NCBI GenBank assembly: GCA_041642635.1
Contig: JBEPWB010000001.1
Span: forward strand, 1-49,198
Direction of reading: 5' to 3'
DNA: 49,198 nucleotides
DNA from: a bacterium
Lineage (GTDB): Bacteria > Patescibacteriota > Gracilibacteria > BD1-5 > UBA6164
Below are positions 31,622-44,133 of the stretch, piece after piece (within the stretch, counting starts at the first letter, position 1; each line of letters begins with the position of its first letter). The notes beneath the pieces are model-generated. The model had not been told where the DNA came from, did no database searches, and was given only the letters and a program-made list of their open reading frames with translations. The translations under genes and the position numbers were made by a program.

Positions 31622-33754
31622 TTATGAAAATTTTTTTACGTCACTAAACATTTCTGTTTCTATTTCTTCCATAAATTTTATATATAATTTTGGGGTAATT
31701 ATTTCTTTATTATATAAATCTTTTATAGTTTTTTCTTCTAGTTTTAGAAGTGATTTATTAATAAGTCTAGATTCAACAGCATTAATTGTTGCTCTATGTG
31801 AAGCAAATATCTTTATTCTTTTTTCGTCAGCTTGTTTATTAAAATTAGCATATAATTCAATAGTTTCGTCAAACATTTTTTGATCAAATCAAAGCTCTGT
31901 TTCTCATAGCAATCTCAATTCTTTTATAACTTTTCTAGTAATTATAACTCTTGTTCTATTTCTTATATAAGAATCTAATTCTGTTGATCTTTTTTTGTAA
32001 AATGAGAATACAAATCTTGAGAAAATATCATAATCATTTTCCATATTTGAAATTTTTCTCAATTGTTCATTGGATTTTTCTAGTCTTTCTATTTGTTTTT
32101 CTACTTTTCTAAGAATATATTTGAAATTTTTTTCATCAATTTCATTATAGAAAAATAATTCTTTCAAATATTGTTTTTCTATCCCAAGAGCATGAAGAGA
32201 AAGAGCTCTTTTTGTTAAAGCGTAAGAATCACATCATTTTGTGTTAAGAATATTTTTCATATTTGATACCGCCGTATTCAATTTTAAACTGTACTTTTCT
32301 TGTAATTCATCAAACTCTACTTGTGTTAAATATGCTTTTTTGAAAGATGTATTTAATTTTTGTAATATTTTTAAATTAGCAAGAATTTTCCCTTCTTCAT
32401 ATTCAAATTCTTCTAATTGGTGCAATTTATCTACTTTAAATTTTCTCATCAATGCTGGAATAGTTGTAGCTTTGATAAAAAGTGTAAACATTATACTTCA
32501 AATAGTTAGAACCATAATAAAATCTTTTATAGAAAAATCATAAGTCCAACCTACAGAATTTTGAAAAGCTAGTAACTGTTCATATCAAGCATCTCAAGGT
32601 CATGGAATAAGTAAAACCATCACAAGAGCGATTGCTCATCTAAGACTTCACCAAGATAGTAAAATCATCCAACTTTTTGGGATTTTTTCTTCTAAAGATA
32701 ATCAATTAATTATTCAAATAGGAATAAAAACAGCAAAAACTCTCGCTATCATTACAACAAATATTGCTGTTAAAATCGGTCAAATAAACAAAGTAAAATC
32801 TATTTCTAAATTTGATAAAATTAATCACATTAATATAAAAACAATAGAATTCGAAATAAAAGCAAAAAATTCCCAAAACTTTTGCATATGTATTTCTACT
32901 CTAGGAGTTATTTTATATCTTCAATAATTTCAAATAATTAAAGATGCTACAACTGTTGATATAACTGCTGAAATAGGTAAAAAAGGTATAAAATGAGTTA
33001 ATAATTCTGCTAATATAAAAGTAATGTGAGCAAGCAACATAGTCAAAACTATTTCTACTTCTTCATTATTTTTTATGTATCAAACCACTTTACTAAAAAG
33101 TATTCACATAAATCCACCAAATAAGAATCATCAAAAAACCATTGATAAAAAGCTAAAACTTCAACTCAAAAAAGTTCAAGAATTAATAATTCATCATTCT
33201 AAAATAAGTCATAAAATTACAAAAAAAAGAGCAACAGAAGTTCAGTCATTAAAAAGACTTTCTCACTCAAATAATATTGTAAGTCTTCTTGGCGCTCAAA
33301 GTGATTTGAATATTGATAAAACAGCAACTGGATCCGTTGAGGAAATTAAAGTTCAAAAAAGCAAACAGACCAAAAACGGTATTTCTAAACCAAAAAATGG
33401 AAAAATAAAATACAAAGAAGTCGAAACAATAATAGCTGAAATAAGTAATCAAAAAACCGCTAATCAGGTTATTGTTTTCCAGTTTGTTATTAACTGGCGA
33501 TAATTAATATTATAAGCAGCTTCAAAAAGTAAAACTGGTAAAAAAACAAAAAACAATAAATCAGGAGTTAATTTAAATTCTCCTATAAATGAAAAAATAC
33601 CTATTTGAGAAATAGGTACCAAAATAATCCCCACCAAAACTAATAAAACTGTGTAAGGGAAATTTATTTTTTTACTAAGTATATAAGAAAAAGAACATAT
33701 AATTAACAATGATAAAACTGATAAAGTTTGCATCATAAAACTGGCTTCTTCCAT
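31622..33754 (-). CDS. CPA1-family Na+/H+ antiporter with ~290 aa helical cytoplasmic C-terminal extension, 710 aa
   Basis: Translated codon by codon across 32492-33463 with no TAA/TAG. LISATDPVAV-type motif (LISSTDPVAVLSIFKSLGAP), LFEGESLFNDG. The four track ORFs share one frame. Confidence 0.85.
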
Positions 33755-33805
33755 AATATTTTAAATATATTTGTTAAAAATAGAAAAAAAGTCTAAAATT
33801 TTTTT

Positions 33806-35299
33806 TTAATTATGCAAATTTTTTTTATAAATTTGTTTGAACTCAATAAATAAATATGATCAAAAAAATAAAAAGATCAAAAATCAATAAACAAAAAAAT
33901 CAAAATAAAGAGAATAACTATAGTTTTTTAAAATAAAAAATCATACTGATCAAATTAATGATGAAAATATAATTACTCTAAAAATAAATAAATACGGTAA
34001 TCTAAAATCTACTATTTTTTTAGTATAATAAAATCATAATATAAATAAAAATATTTGTGACATAAGAGTAGTAATTCAAGCACCGATAAAACTATATTTT
34101 GGTATCAAAATAATATTTCAAACAATATTAAATATTGTAATAATTATATTTATTTTTAATAATTTTGACTGATTTTCTGAAGCTACAAGACTATAAATAA
34201 AAACAAGAGATATAAAATAGAACAGAATAACCGACATAACCACCAAGAAAGCATCACTTGAATTAAAAAGTGTATCAGTTACCAAATAATCATTATTTGC
34301 AATAATCAAAATAATATATTCTCTAAATAGTATTCACATTACAAAAACAACACTCGCAAAAGCGAATAAAACCTTAAAAGAAATATCTAGTAATTTTTTT
34401 AATCAATCTTTATTTTTTTCTTTGAATCATTTTGTCAAACTAGGCAATATAGAAGTCATATAAAATCAACCCAAAACCATAATTACTTCAACGATTTTCA
34501 TCGGCAAACTATAAAGTGCAATACTTACATCTCAAACTTCTGGTCACTCTATAATTGATAATAAAATCACATCAACTTTAAAATAAACAACCGATAAAAA
34601 TAATGCAATTCAGTATGGAAGAGAAATTCTGAATAAATGTTTAATATATTTCCAATCAAATCAAAATCAAAATTTTACAATTTTTCTAGCATAAAAATAA
34701 TTCATCAAAGTATTTACTGTAACGCTAATAACTCACGCAAACATTATGTACAAAAAAGGCGTAAAATATTCACTATTATCAATAAATTCTTTTGGATATA
34801 AAAAATATGCAATTCACGAGATTAATCAAAGATTTAAAATTTTTCAAAAAATTAAACTAACAGCAGAAAATTCTACCTTCATATTTGCCTGCATCAAAGC
34901 TAGTATTGAAGAATTTAATAATTGTAGAATCGTAAAAATTGAAGCTATAAAGATTGATAAAAGAGCCAATAAAGAGTTATAACCTGGAATAAAAAATGCT
35001 ATTCAAACGGCCAAAAATAATATTAAAATTCACAAAATAAATCTGAGTGTCATAATATTTCAAACAATTTTTTTGGAATTTTCAGGATTATTACTTATTT
35101 CCCTAATTCAAATAGCATAAAGTCACAAATCAGCCAAAAAGACAAAAATTCAAATATAATTATAAATTTTTGTATAAAGTCCGTATAATTCAACTGATAA
35201 ATAGTTAGTCAGTACACTTATCAAAAAAATAGCCACAACCGCAGTTACAACCTTTGAAAAAATTTGAGAAATAGTGTTAGAGGCTATTTTTTTATACAC
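33806..35299 (-). CDS. MOP-superfamily oligosaccharide flippase (Wzx-like), 497 aa
   Basis: GTG start. N-terminal KKIASNTISQIFSKVV...LSVELYGLYTKI...LADLGLYAIGIREIS. About 12-14 hydrophobic helices. Confidence 0.7.
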
Positions 35300-35437
35300 T
35301 TTTTATTAAACTTAAAAATTATTTATTTTCAGTGTAATTTATTTTTTTGCTTTGTAAAGCAAAATAAAATAAAAATCTTTACAAATCAAGACTAAAATAT
35401 AAAATAAAAACATATAATATTAATTTGAAGAAAATTT

Positions 35438-36982
35438 ATGAAAATAAAAATTTTATGAACAATAATAAGTATAATTTTAATTATTTGAATTTGAGCTATT
35501 TTTGCTTCAAACTATTCTGAAAATGAAGAAGAGATTACTTATGAAGAAGATTATTTAGAAAACTTAGAACAAGATTTAGAAGAAACAAAAAATAATACTA
35601 GCTGAGCAAACCAAAGAATGGAAGACCTTAGAAAAAAAATAGAATTAAAATGACTTATAACAAGATGAGATTTATATTTTACAAACAAAGAATACACAAC
35701 TGCACTAACTCAATATTTGCAAGTTTATAGAAAAGTACCGTGAGATAGAGAAGTAAATCTGAAAATTTGAAATATTTATTATAGTTTGTGAAATTACAAT
35801 AGAGCTTATGATTTTTTTGAGAATATAAAAGATTATGGGCAATTAGACAAAAAAAAGGCAATTTATAGTTTTGTAAATTCTAAAAACTTAACTTCTAGTT
35901 GAACAAATCAAGAAATAAATGAAGAAATTGATAGTTTTGATTTTAATAATCAAGAAAATTTTTATCTAAAAAACTCTATAACTTGTGTGAATGATTTTTC
36001 TCTATGCAGAAAAAAATATCAAGATTTTTTTAATGAAGTTGAGCAAAAAAATAATGAAAACGAAGAAAAAATAGAATATATTAGTGAACTACAAACAATA
36101 AAAAACGCTTTTGATAATTATAATAATTTTCAAATTGATGAATTGAATTATAAAGCAGCTTTGATTTCATGAGCATATTATTCTAATTGATTTTATAAAA
36201 TATCACTAGAAACTGCAAAAAATATTTTAGAAGAAAATCCAGAATATAAACCATTATTAAAAATTGCGGCAAAAAGTTCTTATGAATTATGAAATTATAT
36301 TGAATCTAGAGATTTTGTAATCAGATATAACAAACTAGAACAAAAAGATCCAGAAATGAGCTATTTTGCATGAAGAATTTATGAAAAACTTAATGAAAAT
36401 GTTTTGAGTGTAATAAATTTTAGTAAAGCAATAAATATTGGATACCCTGATATAGCTGATATAAAAAGAAGACTGATTTTTATATATTTTGATATGCAAG
36501 ATAACGAAAAAATGCTAAAAACATTTAGAGAACTTATCGAGCTAGAAAGTGATGAATTGAATATTAGAGATTATAACTTGGCAGTTTATTATCATATTTT
36601 GAATGATGATTTAGAAAATGCTACAAAAATTAGTGAAATTTGAAAAGAAAAATTTCCAGAATCAGAATTATTTTACGGATACCAAACTTGGATAATTTTA
36701 CAAAATGAAGAAATTAATCAAATTCAAGAAAGGATAATAAAAACAAATATTGAAAAAGCAAAAAACATAAATTCAGAAAATCCAATGATAGCTATGGTAG
36801 AATGAATTTATGAATCAAAAAATCAAAATTATGAAGATGCTTTAGGTGATTTTAGAAAAGCAATTCAATATGATTCTAATAAAGAATATAACGAAACAAT
36901 AGAGTTTTGGATAGAAAGAACAATGAAAGAAATGAATAATAAAAGAAAAGAAGAACAAAATGAAAATAATAATAACAACTAA
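35438..36982 (+). CDS. Membrane-anchored TPR-like repeat protein, 514 aa
   Basis: N-terminal TM helix. Repeated A..Y..a......Y..A motifs (GNIYYSLGNYNRAYDFF etc.). Track ORFs 35987.. and 36404.. are in the same frame. Confidence 0.6.
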
Positions 36983-36985
36983 AAT

Positions 36986-37543
36986 ATGAGCTTAGAAAAA
37001 GTAAATAATTTTGAAAAAGGTAGTGAAAAGAGTAAAATTTTACTTGAGGAATTATCTAATGAAATATCAAAAAAATATTGAATTGAAAAGCAAGAAACAC
37101 AAAAGTTAATAAAATTAGATACTTCAAAATGAATAGATTCTCTTAAAAATGAATTAAGGGAATCTTGAAATATTTATTTTGAAAACTTAAAAGCAAACGA
37201 ACAAGAAAAATTATTTTTAATTTTAAAATGAGCTCAAGAAAGTATTGAACAGCAAACTCACATTGAAGTTTTGACTCTTAAAGAAGATATAGAACAAAAT
37301 ATAGATGTTAACAAAATAAAAAATAACATAGAAGATTTTTTACCAGAAAAATTATTACAAACAGCAAAAAATCCAAAATTGCCACATGAACATATTTTGT
37401 GATTTACTCTTTGAACTGCTAATACTTTGGTAGCTTGAATTGATTGACTTTATCAAGTTTGAAAATGAATTATTCAGTCTCCATATCATATTTATCTAAT
37501 TATAAAATGAGAAGCTGAATTAAAAAGTTCAAAAAACATATAA
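36986..37543 (+). CDS. Hypothetical protein, 185 aa
   Basis: Starts 4 nt after the TPR gene stop. Continuous under code 25. No family recognised. Confidence 0.5.
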
Positions 37544-37577
37544 AAAAAGCTAGAATTTTAAAATTCTAGTTTTTTTT
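37542..37577. terminator. Bidirectional terminator
   Basis: CTAGAATTT-ta-AAATTCTAG core flanked by A7 and T8 runs. Confidence 0.7.
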
Positions 37578-37606
37578 ATTTTTTCTAATAATTCAGGAAA
37601 ATTTTT

Positions 37607-38194
37607 ATTAAAAATAAAATGTCAGTAATTATTTAATTCTATAAATTCTGAATCTATAAAATTTTTTTTATATTCATAAAAATCCTCTATATCTACTATT
37701 TCATCATCAATACTATGAAAAAAAATAATTTTATTTTGCATATGTTCTAAATTTTGTAACATAGTTTTATCAACACAAAAACTCCCTAAAACTTCGGATT
37801 CTGAATCATTTAGTGGTGTTGCAATCAAAAATATTTTTTTTATATTTTTTATTTTATTAGGATTTTCACAAAAATATTTTATCAAAAAAATAGCTCCTAA
37901 ACTATGACCAATCAAAACTAAATTATCTCACAAAAAATTAATGGTTTTCTCATAAGCAGTTTTCCAAATCTCATAATCTGCACAATCAGACATAGGTTTT
38001 TGCATTTTTATAAAATCAAAATCTGAAAAAATTTTTTCCTCTAAATCATCTTTCCAATTAGAAGATTTTTCTGTAAAAGGATTAAAATCATAATTATTTT
38101 TATAAAAATTTCTTTTTTGCTCCAAAAAATTTTTGCTAGATAAATTTTCTAAAGCTTCTCAACCTCAAATAAATAATATTTGTTTTTTACTCAT
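37607..38194 (-). CDS. Alpha/beta serine hydrolase (YdeN/RBBP9-like), 195 aa
   Basis: Nucleophile elbow LIGHSLGA. FFHSIDDEIV (Asp) and a C-terminal region. Its start overlaps the YggS stop by 8 nt. Confidence 0.6.
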
Positions 38195-38819
38195 AAATTT
38201 TTGATCAAATTCTAATAATATCTATTTCATTTTTTATTGCTTCTTTATAATCTAACGAAGTTCAAGCTGAAATAAGTCAATTTGGTAAATATTTATTTCT
38301 TAACTCTTTTAGTAAATCAAATTCTTTTTGTTTTTCTTCATCAGTAAATTCAGATTTTCCAATTGCAGAAAAACCAATCAAACTTACATTTTCCATATCT
38401 CAAATTAATTCCAAAAATTTTGGAATTTCTTCAATTTTAATTCATCAATCTTTTTGTTCATCAATATTAATTTGCAAAAAAATCTGAACCCAATTTCAAG
38501 ACTTTGAACAAATTTCTTCCATTTTTAAAATTTGTTTTACATCATCAACACTATGAACAAAAGAACAATGTTTTAAAATATACTTAATTTCCTTTGTTTG
38601 AATATTTCAAATAAAATGAGTTATTTCCCTGTCTAAATTTTTTTCTTTTAAAGAATTAACTCTATTTTCTCAAAATCAAACAACCAAATCTCTATTATCT
38701 TCACGAGAAAAATAATCAATAATTTCATTAGTTTTTTCTACATCGTGATATTTAGTAATTACCAAAATTTTTGATTTTTGATTTTTGAACTCTTCTAATA
38801 GTGGTGAATTGATTTTCAT
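38187..38819 (-). CDS. YggS-family pyridoxal-phosphate homeostasis protein, 210 aa
   Basis: VTKYH, FGENRV, HFIGNIQTKEIKYI, SAGTSLDY..AI......IRIGSKIY. Confidence 0.8.
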
Positions 38820-38902
38820 TATTTTTTATTTAAATTTTATTTGTATACATTTTTTTAACATTAATGTTAAAAAATATAAAAAATGTTAAAACTATGTAAA
38901 AA

Positions 38903-39559
38903 CTAATACATTAATTTATTTCAGTGATTTTTTAACCATTTTTCATTAATTTTATAACTTCCAGGATACATTGAACTACTTAATTCCTGTACGTAATCCC
39001 AGAATTTTTTTGAATGATCCATGTATTTCAGATGAGCTAATTCATGGATAATCACATAATCAACAGATTTTATAGGAGCCATAATTAATCTATAAGTAAA
39101 ATTTAGATTTTTTTTGTTAGTACAACTTCCCCATCTAGTTTTTGCACTTGTGATTTTTACAATATTATAATCAAGATTGTTTTTTGTGGCTATTTCCTTA
39201 ACTCTTGGAACAATATATTTTTTTGCTTCTGCCTTATAAAATTCTATTAATTTTTCTTGTACAAATTTTTTATGTTTTTTATGCAAGTAAAATTTCATTC
39301 CATCATAATAAATTTTTTCACTTTTATCATCAAAAACAAGCTCATATTCTTCTCCAAAAAAATAAAATTTTTCTCATTCTCTAAATTCTTTTATTTTTTC
39401 AATTGCTTCTATTTTTTTATCAGATATCCAATCTTTGTTTTTTTCTATAAAGTCTTGAATAGTTTTTTTACTAGCAAAAAGTGGTGATTTTACAATTAAT
39501 TCACCAGTTTCATCTATTTTTAAAGTTATTTTTTTTCCTAAAGATTTAATTATTTTCAT
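38903..39559 (-). CDS. YgjP-like (DUF45) metal-dependent hydrolase, 218 aa
   Basis: TRWGSC...NF...L.MAP....DYVIIHELAHL..MDHSKKFW. Confidence 0.8.
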
Positions 39560-39562
39560 AAA

Positions 39563-39964
39563 TTATATTTCATTTAAAATTATTTTTGTAGAATCAATCA
39601 CATTTTTGAATCTATCAGCTTGAAGTTTTACTCATCAAAAATATCTAGTAACTACGACTATAACATCAACAATATTTTCTCTTTGTAATTCTCTAAGAAT
39701 ACACATTCACGCGCCAGTTTCTCAATCATCATTTTTTGATTCCAAAATTGATCAATTTTCTAGTTTTATTCTATAAGCAAAAGTATTATGAGTAGATTTT
39801 CTAAAATATTTATCAGTTAATAATTCTTTTATAAAATCATCTGTTGCTTCTTTAGATTTAACAAATCAAGCAACAACAGTGTATTTACTTTTTCTATCAA
39901 CTACAATATTTTTAAGAATTTTTCTCCTGTATTTTGGAGTTCTAGCTCAAAAATCAAAAGACAT
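39563..39964 (-). CDS. YigZ/IMPACT N-terminal domain protein (UPF0029), 133 aa
   Basis: KSKYTVVAGFVKSKEEA.., STHNTFAYRI, NDDGETGAG..IL, VVVVTRYFGGVKL. Confidence 0.7.
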
Positions 39965-39987
39965 TTTTTCTCACATTTATATATTTT

Positions 39988-41262
39988 TTAGTTTTTTAAA
40001 TCATTTTTTTCTAAGTCTTCGTCACTATCATCATTTTCATCATAACCTAGTTCTAGCATTTTTGATCAAGGAAGACTTTGTCACATTAAGCTTTCTAATT
40101 CTCAATACATTCAACTAACTGCGAATGTAGCTCTTTCTAAATCTTTTTCTCTTTTTTTCCAGTTTTTTTCCATAGATCTTCTTTCAGCATCAATTCATGA
40201 TTTTAGGTTTGCAAAAACATCTATCATCATATTCATTTTACTAGAAAATTCTTCACTTGATAAATATTTATAAAGCATTTCCATTTTTGCATCTTTTCAT
40301 TCCATAGATTTTTCTACCTTAGAAATAGAAAGCAATTTATCTCTAAGCATTCAAGCTACATGAATAGCAAAATCTGGCGTACAAACCATAATATCATCAA
40401 CTAATCAAAAATGTTTTACTCATTTTGGCAAAACGCTTGTAACAAGAATTGCAATATTTCAATTAACTTTTAATTTGTCATCTTTTAGTTTCATAATCCA
40501 AGAATCAGTCCAAGATTTTGTATTTTTTGATTCCCAAACAATAATTCAAACTGATTGTCAAAAGTTATCTTTTATAGTTTGTAATAAATCTGCTCATTTC
40601 ACACCAGTCGGAACGTCTTCTATATCATCATATGGAAAAGAATAAGAAAGAGTATTTTTTAAGTCATCTTCACTAATATCTCATTGGATTTGTTGACTTC
40701 ATTGTTCTGATTTTCTTTTTAAATCATCAATTGTTTTTCTCATTTGTTCTTGTTGCTTGTAGTTTTCAAGCTCTTTTTTTCTATAATCTTCTGATATTTT
40801 TTCTAATTTTTCTTCCATTTCTTTTTGAGAAGTTTCTTTGAATTTTTCTTGTACTTGGTTTTCTATTTTTTTTCTTTCATCAAATAATTTTTTTTCCATT
40901 TCAAGCTCAAAGTTTTTTTCTTTATCTTCTAATTCTCTTTGTTTCTTCATAAATTCTAGTTCTTTTTTTCTTGATTCTTCTCTATCTTTTTGTGCTTTTT
41001 GTAATTGTTCTTGAACATCTTTTAATTCAAACTCGATTTCTTTTTTTGCTTCTAGAGCTTTTTTTTCTGCAAATTCTATTGCTTTTTTTCTCATTTCATC
41101 TTCTTTTTGCTTCATTTCAAGCTCAAAATTTTCTTTTTGTTTGGCCTGTTCTTCCCTAAGTTTTTTTTCTTGATCTTTTAATAATTCATTATACTTTTGA
41201 TTTGCTATTTGGTCTAAATCTATTTTTGTAGAACAATTTGGACAAATTATTGTTTGTGACAT
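39988..41262 (-). CDS. DUF2130-like protein: N-terminal zinc ribbon, E/K-rich coiled coil, conserved C-terminal domain, 424 aa
   Basis: ICPNCSTKI start, followed by a long EKxxE coiled coil. After TGA 40699-40701 the frame continues (checked codon by codon) through ...VGIIVWESKNTKSWTDSWIMKLKDD...ILVTSVLPKGV... to TAA 39988-39990. Confidence 0.7.
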
Positions 41263-41338
41263 AAAGCTTAATTTTTAAAAAAATATTTTCTTGTATATAT
41301 TTTATATATTTTTATTTATTTTACAAAATAAAAAAGAA

Positions 41339-41359
41339 AAAGCCCTTAAAAAGGGCTTT
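41339..41359 (-). terminator. Rho-independent terminator
   Basis: AAAGCCCTT-aaa-AAGGGCTTT followed by a T-run on the minus strand. Confidence 0.75.
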
Positions 41360-41381
41360 AATATATTTTTAATAAAAAATT

Positions 41382-41756
41382 TTATCAACGTGGTTTTGAA
41401 AATCTTGAACCAGTTGAAATATTTTTTCTTTGTTGTTTTAGTTTTCTCTCATCGTAACAAAACTTAGCAAACCAAATGCCAAAAATAGTGAGAAAAACTA
41501 GTTCAATGTAAAGGTAATACACATAAAATTCGTAGAACAATACCAAGACTATAAATATTGTTATCGGTAAAAAAAGTAATAAATATATAAGTTTTTTCCA
41601 TTCTCCTTTTTTATGAAAAATTACAGGAAAAACAATACCAATTATCAAACTAATTATAAAAAGATACTTATAATCATTGATAAATGAAATACTCTCCTGA
41701 AAAATATACATCAAAGAAAATTTAACCGTATTTAATATAGAAATCAAGATATTCAT
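41382..41756 (-). CDS. Hypothetical membrane protein, 124 aa
   Basis: Four hydrophobic helices and a basic tail. One extra Gly after the track ORF, before TAA 41382-41384. Confidence 0.5.
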
Positions 41757-41890
41757 ATAGTTCTCCTAGATTTTTTAGTTTACCTAAAAATAATATAAAT
41801 AAAAATATAAAAATGTCAATATTTCAAGTTGGTTTGATTATTTACGTATTTTTTATATAATTTTGCTAAATTAAAAATTAAAAAAAATTA

Positions 41891-43363
41891 ATGGAACAAG
41901 TTGGAATAAAGAAAAATGATATTTTAGAAAATATTTTGATAGAAAAACTAGTTTTTGGTGGGAAATGATTTGCTAGATTAACTCACGAAAACCCAGATTT
42001 GGACGGAAGAGTTATTTTTGTAACTGGATGAGCAATTCCTTGAACTGTTGCAAATCTTAGAGTTTTAAAAAAGAAAAAAGCTTTTTTGGAAACTCAAATA
42101 GTTGATATAGTAAAAAAATCCCCTATAGAAGTAGAGCACAAAACGAATAAATATTGAATGTCAGGTGGTTGGAAATGGATAAATATTCCCTACAATGAAC
42201 AACTAAAAATAAAGCAAGAGCAAGTAAAAGAAGCTTTTAAACATGTAGAAAAATATCAAGAGGATTTGAATTTTTTAGATATAGAATGATCACCATTAGA
42301 AGATTGATACAGAAACAAAGTAGAGTTTAGTTTTGGTAAATATATTTCTCATAAAGACGATATTTGAGAACATTTTAACCTTGGTTTTCACAAACAATGA
42401 GAATTTTCAAAAATTCAAGATTTTGAAGGTGCACCTTTGATTGATGAGTTACAAAATAAAATTTTTAGAGAAATAAAAAAATTCTCAAAAACAGTTGGTT
42501 TACCTGTTTATGACCAAATGAGACAAGAATGATTTTTTAGACATTTATTAATAAGAAGAACTCATTTTGGAGATGAAATGATGATTTTATTATCGTTTAA
42601 TCCAGAATATTTTGATAAAAATACAAAACTAAACAAACAAGAAAAATTAGAAATAATAAAAGAATTTTTTGTAAAATTACAAGAAAAATATCCAGTTATA
42701 AAATCAGTTTATTTTTCTCATAATCCTAATAAAGCTGATGTTGCAATCGGAGATTTGGAACTAATTATTGGTAAAAAAACAATTACAGAAAAAATTCTTG
42801 GATTAAATTTTGAAATTTCTCCAACTTCATTTTTTCAAACAAACAGTACTTGAGCAGAAAAACTATATTCTATGGTTTTAGATTTTGCAAAAAAAGAAAA
42901 ATTAAATGAACAAATAGTTCTTGATTTATATGGATGAACATGAACAATTTGAATGATATTTGCTAATGCTTGAGCAAAACACGTAACAAGTGTAGAATTA
43001 GTAACTTCTGCAAGTAAGGATTGAGAAAAAAATGCAAAATTGAACTCTCTTGAAAATATTGATTTTTATAATGCAAAGGTAGAAGAATTTTTGTGAGAAT
43101 ATTTAGAAAAATGAAAAAAAGCAGATTTATTAATAATTGATCCGCCAAGAGCAGGAATGCATCCAGATGCTTTGCCAAATATTTTGAAATTTTGAACTGA
43201 TCAAATAATTTACGTGAGTTGTAATCCTGCAACTCTGGCTAGAGATTTGGAGTATGTTCTACAAAACAGTGATTACAAAATAGAAAAAATCCAGGCAATG
43301 GATATGTTTCCACACACAAATCATATAGAAATTGTAACAAGCTTAATAAGACAAAAAAAGTAG
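41891..43363 (+). CDS. rlmD: 23S rRNA (uracil-5)-methyltransferase, RlmD/RumA (TrmA family), 490 aa
   Basis: TRAM-like N-terminus. [18 protein letters not shown] motif [33 protein letters not shown]. Confidence 0.88.
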
Positions 43364-43386
43364 TATTTTAAAAAATACTACTTTTT
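43355..43386. terminator. Bidirectional terminator (rlmD / recX), overlapping both stops
   Basis: AAAAAGTAGTATTTT-aa-AAAATACTACTTTTT. Confidence 0.7.
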
Positions 43387-43847
43387 ATTTCATCATAACT
43401 AAATCATTTCATCATTAATTTTTGAATTAACTTTGATTTGTATTCATGTTCATTTTTATAATTTTTTATCTTGTGTTTTATTTTTTCATATTCTTTCAAT
43501 ATTGCTTCTTCTTCTCATTCCAAAAAAAATTCTTCCAAATATTTATCTATCAATTCTTTTGGTTCTTGTCTTTCAAAAAGTTTTTGTTTGATATAAAGTT
43601 TTGATTTTCATCTTGATTTATAACTTCTAATTTTAGAAATAATAACTTGTTCTTCATCAATTATAGAAGACATTTTTTCATCAAAAATATAATTTATTTC
43701 TTTTTCTCAAATACCTCAATATTTTTTTCAGTTTTCGCTATTTGGTCAAAATTTTTCTAATAATTTTCTTTCTAATTTTTTCTTAGAAGGAAAATATTTT
43801 AGATAATACCAGATTGCATAGTCTATGATTTTTTGTGAGATTTCCAT
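43368..43847 (-). CDS. recX: RecX-like regulatory protein, 159 aa
   Basis: Helical repeats of the type A..YL....S..EL..KL. Lies downstream of recJ. Modest similarity by eye only. Confidence 0.55.
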
Positions 43848-43895
43848 GGGTTTTGGTTTTAATAAATTAATAATATTTATTTAAGAATTTTTTTT

Positions 43896-43919
43896 AATAT
43901 TTAATATTTAATATTTAAT
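43896..43919. repeat. AATATTT heptamer tandem repeat, about 3.4 copies
   Basis: AATATTT AATATTT AATATTT AAT. Confidence 0.8.
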
Positions 43920-43922
43920 GAA

Positions 43923-44041
43923 GTCTTTCTCCTTACTTTTATAATTAAAAGTAACAAAACTTTTAGGGGTTTTCGAACTAGCTAGTAAATATTTGTTGCT
44001 AAAGAAAAGTAATCACTATCTCAACCCCTAAGACCCCTTCT
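43923..44041. ncRNA. Copy A of a structured ~120 nt element (candidate ncRNA or DNA-level site; strand unresolved)
   Basis: Hairpin TTACTTTT-ataatt-AAAAGTAA, then a 9 bp stem TTAGGGGTT...AACCCCTAA closing a ~45 nt AU-rich insert, then GACCCC. GC-enriched relative to its surroundings. Confidence 0.45.
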
Positions 44042-44133
44042 ACACTTCGATAATTAATTTTAAAGTTTATTTTGAAATTAATAAAAAAATTTTCTAATTT
44101 TTTTATATGAATTTTAATTTATTACTTCTATTA

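Noticed and set aside
33075-33503. 142 aa plus-strand ORF, and similar track ORFs at 6592..6928, 7300..7539, 18090..18834, 19124..19569, 28979..29599, 30092..30274, 32241..32543, 39879..40118, 40971..41159, 42963..43232, 45225..45407 and 46151..46504.
   Set aside because: All lie antisense to, or out of frame within, longer code-25 genes that have clear homology motifs. Their low-complexity I/L/F/N/K-rich translations are typical of spurious frames in AT-rich DNA.
43896-43919. Short tandem repeats (AATATTT x3.4 here; 21 nt x2.2 at 25034-25080) examined as possible CRISPR or other arrays.
   Set aside because: The repeats are contiguous with no spacers, and there are too few and too short units. 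They are ordinary AT-rich microsatellite-type repeats, and no cas genes are present in the window.
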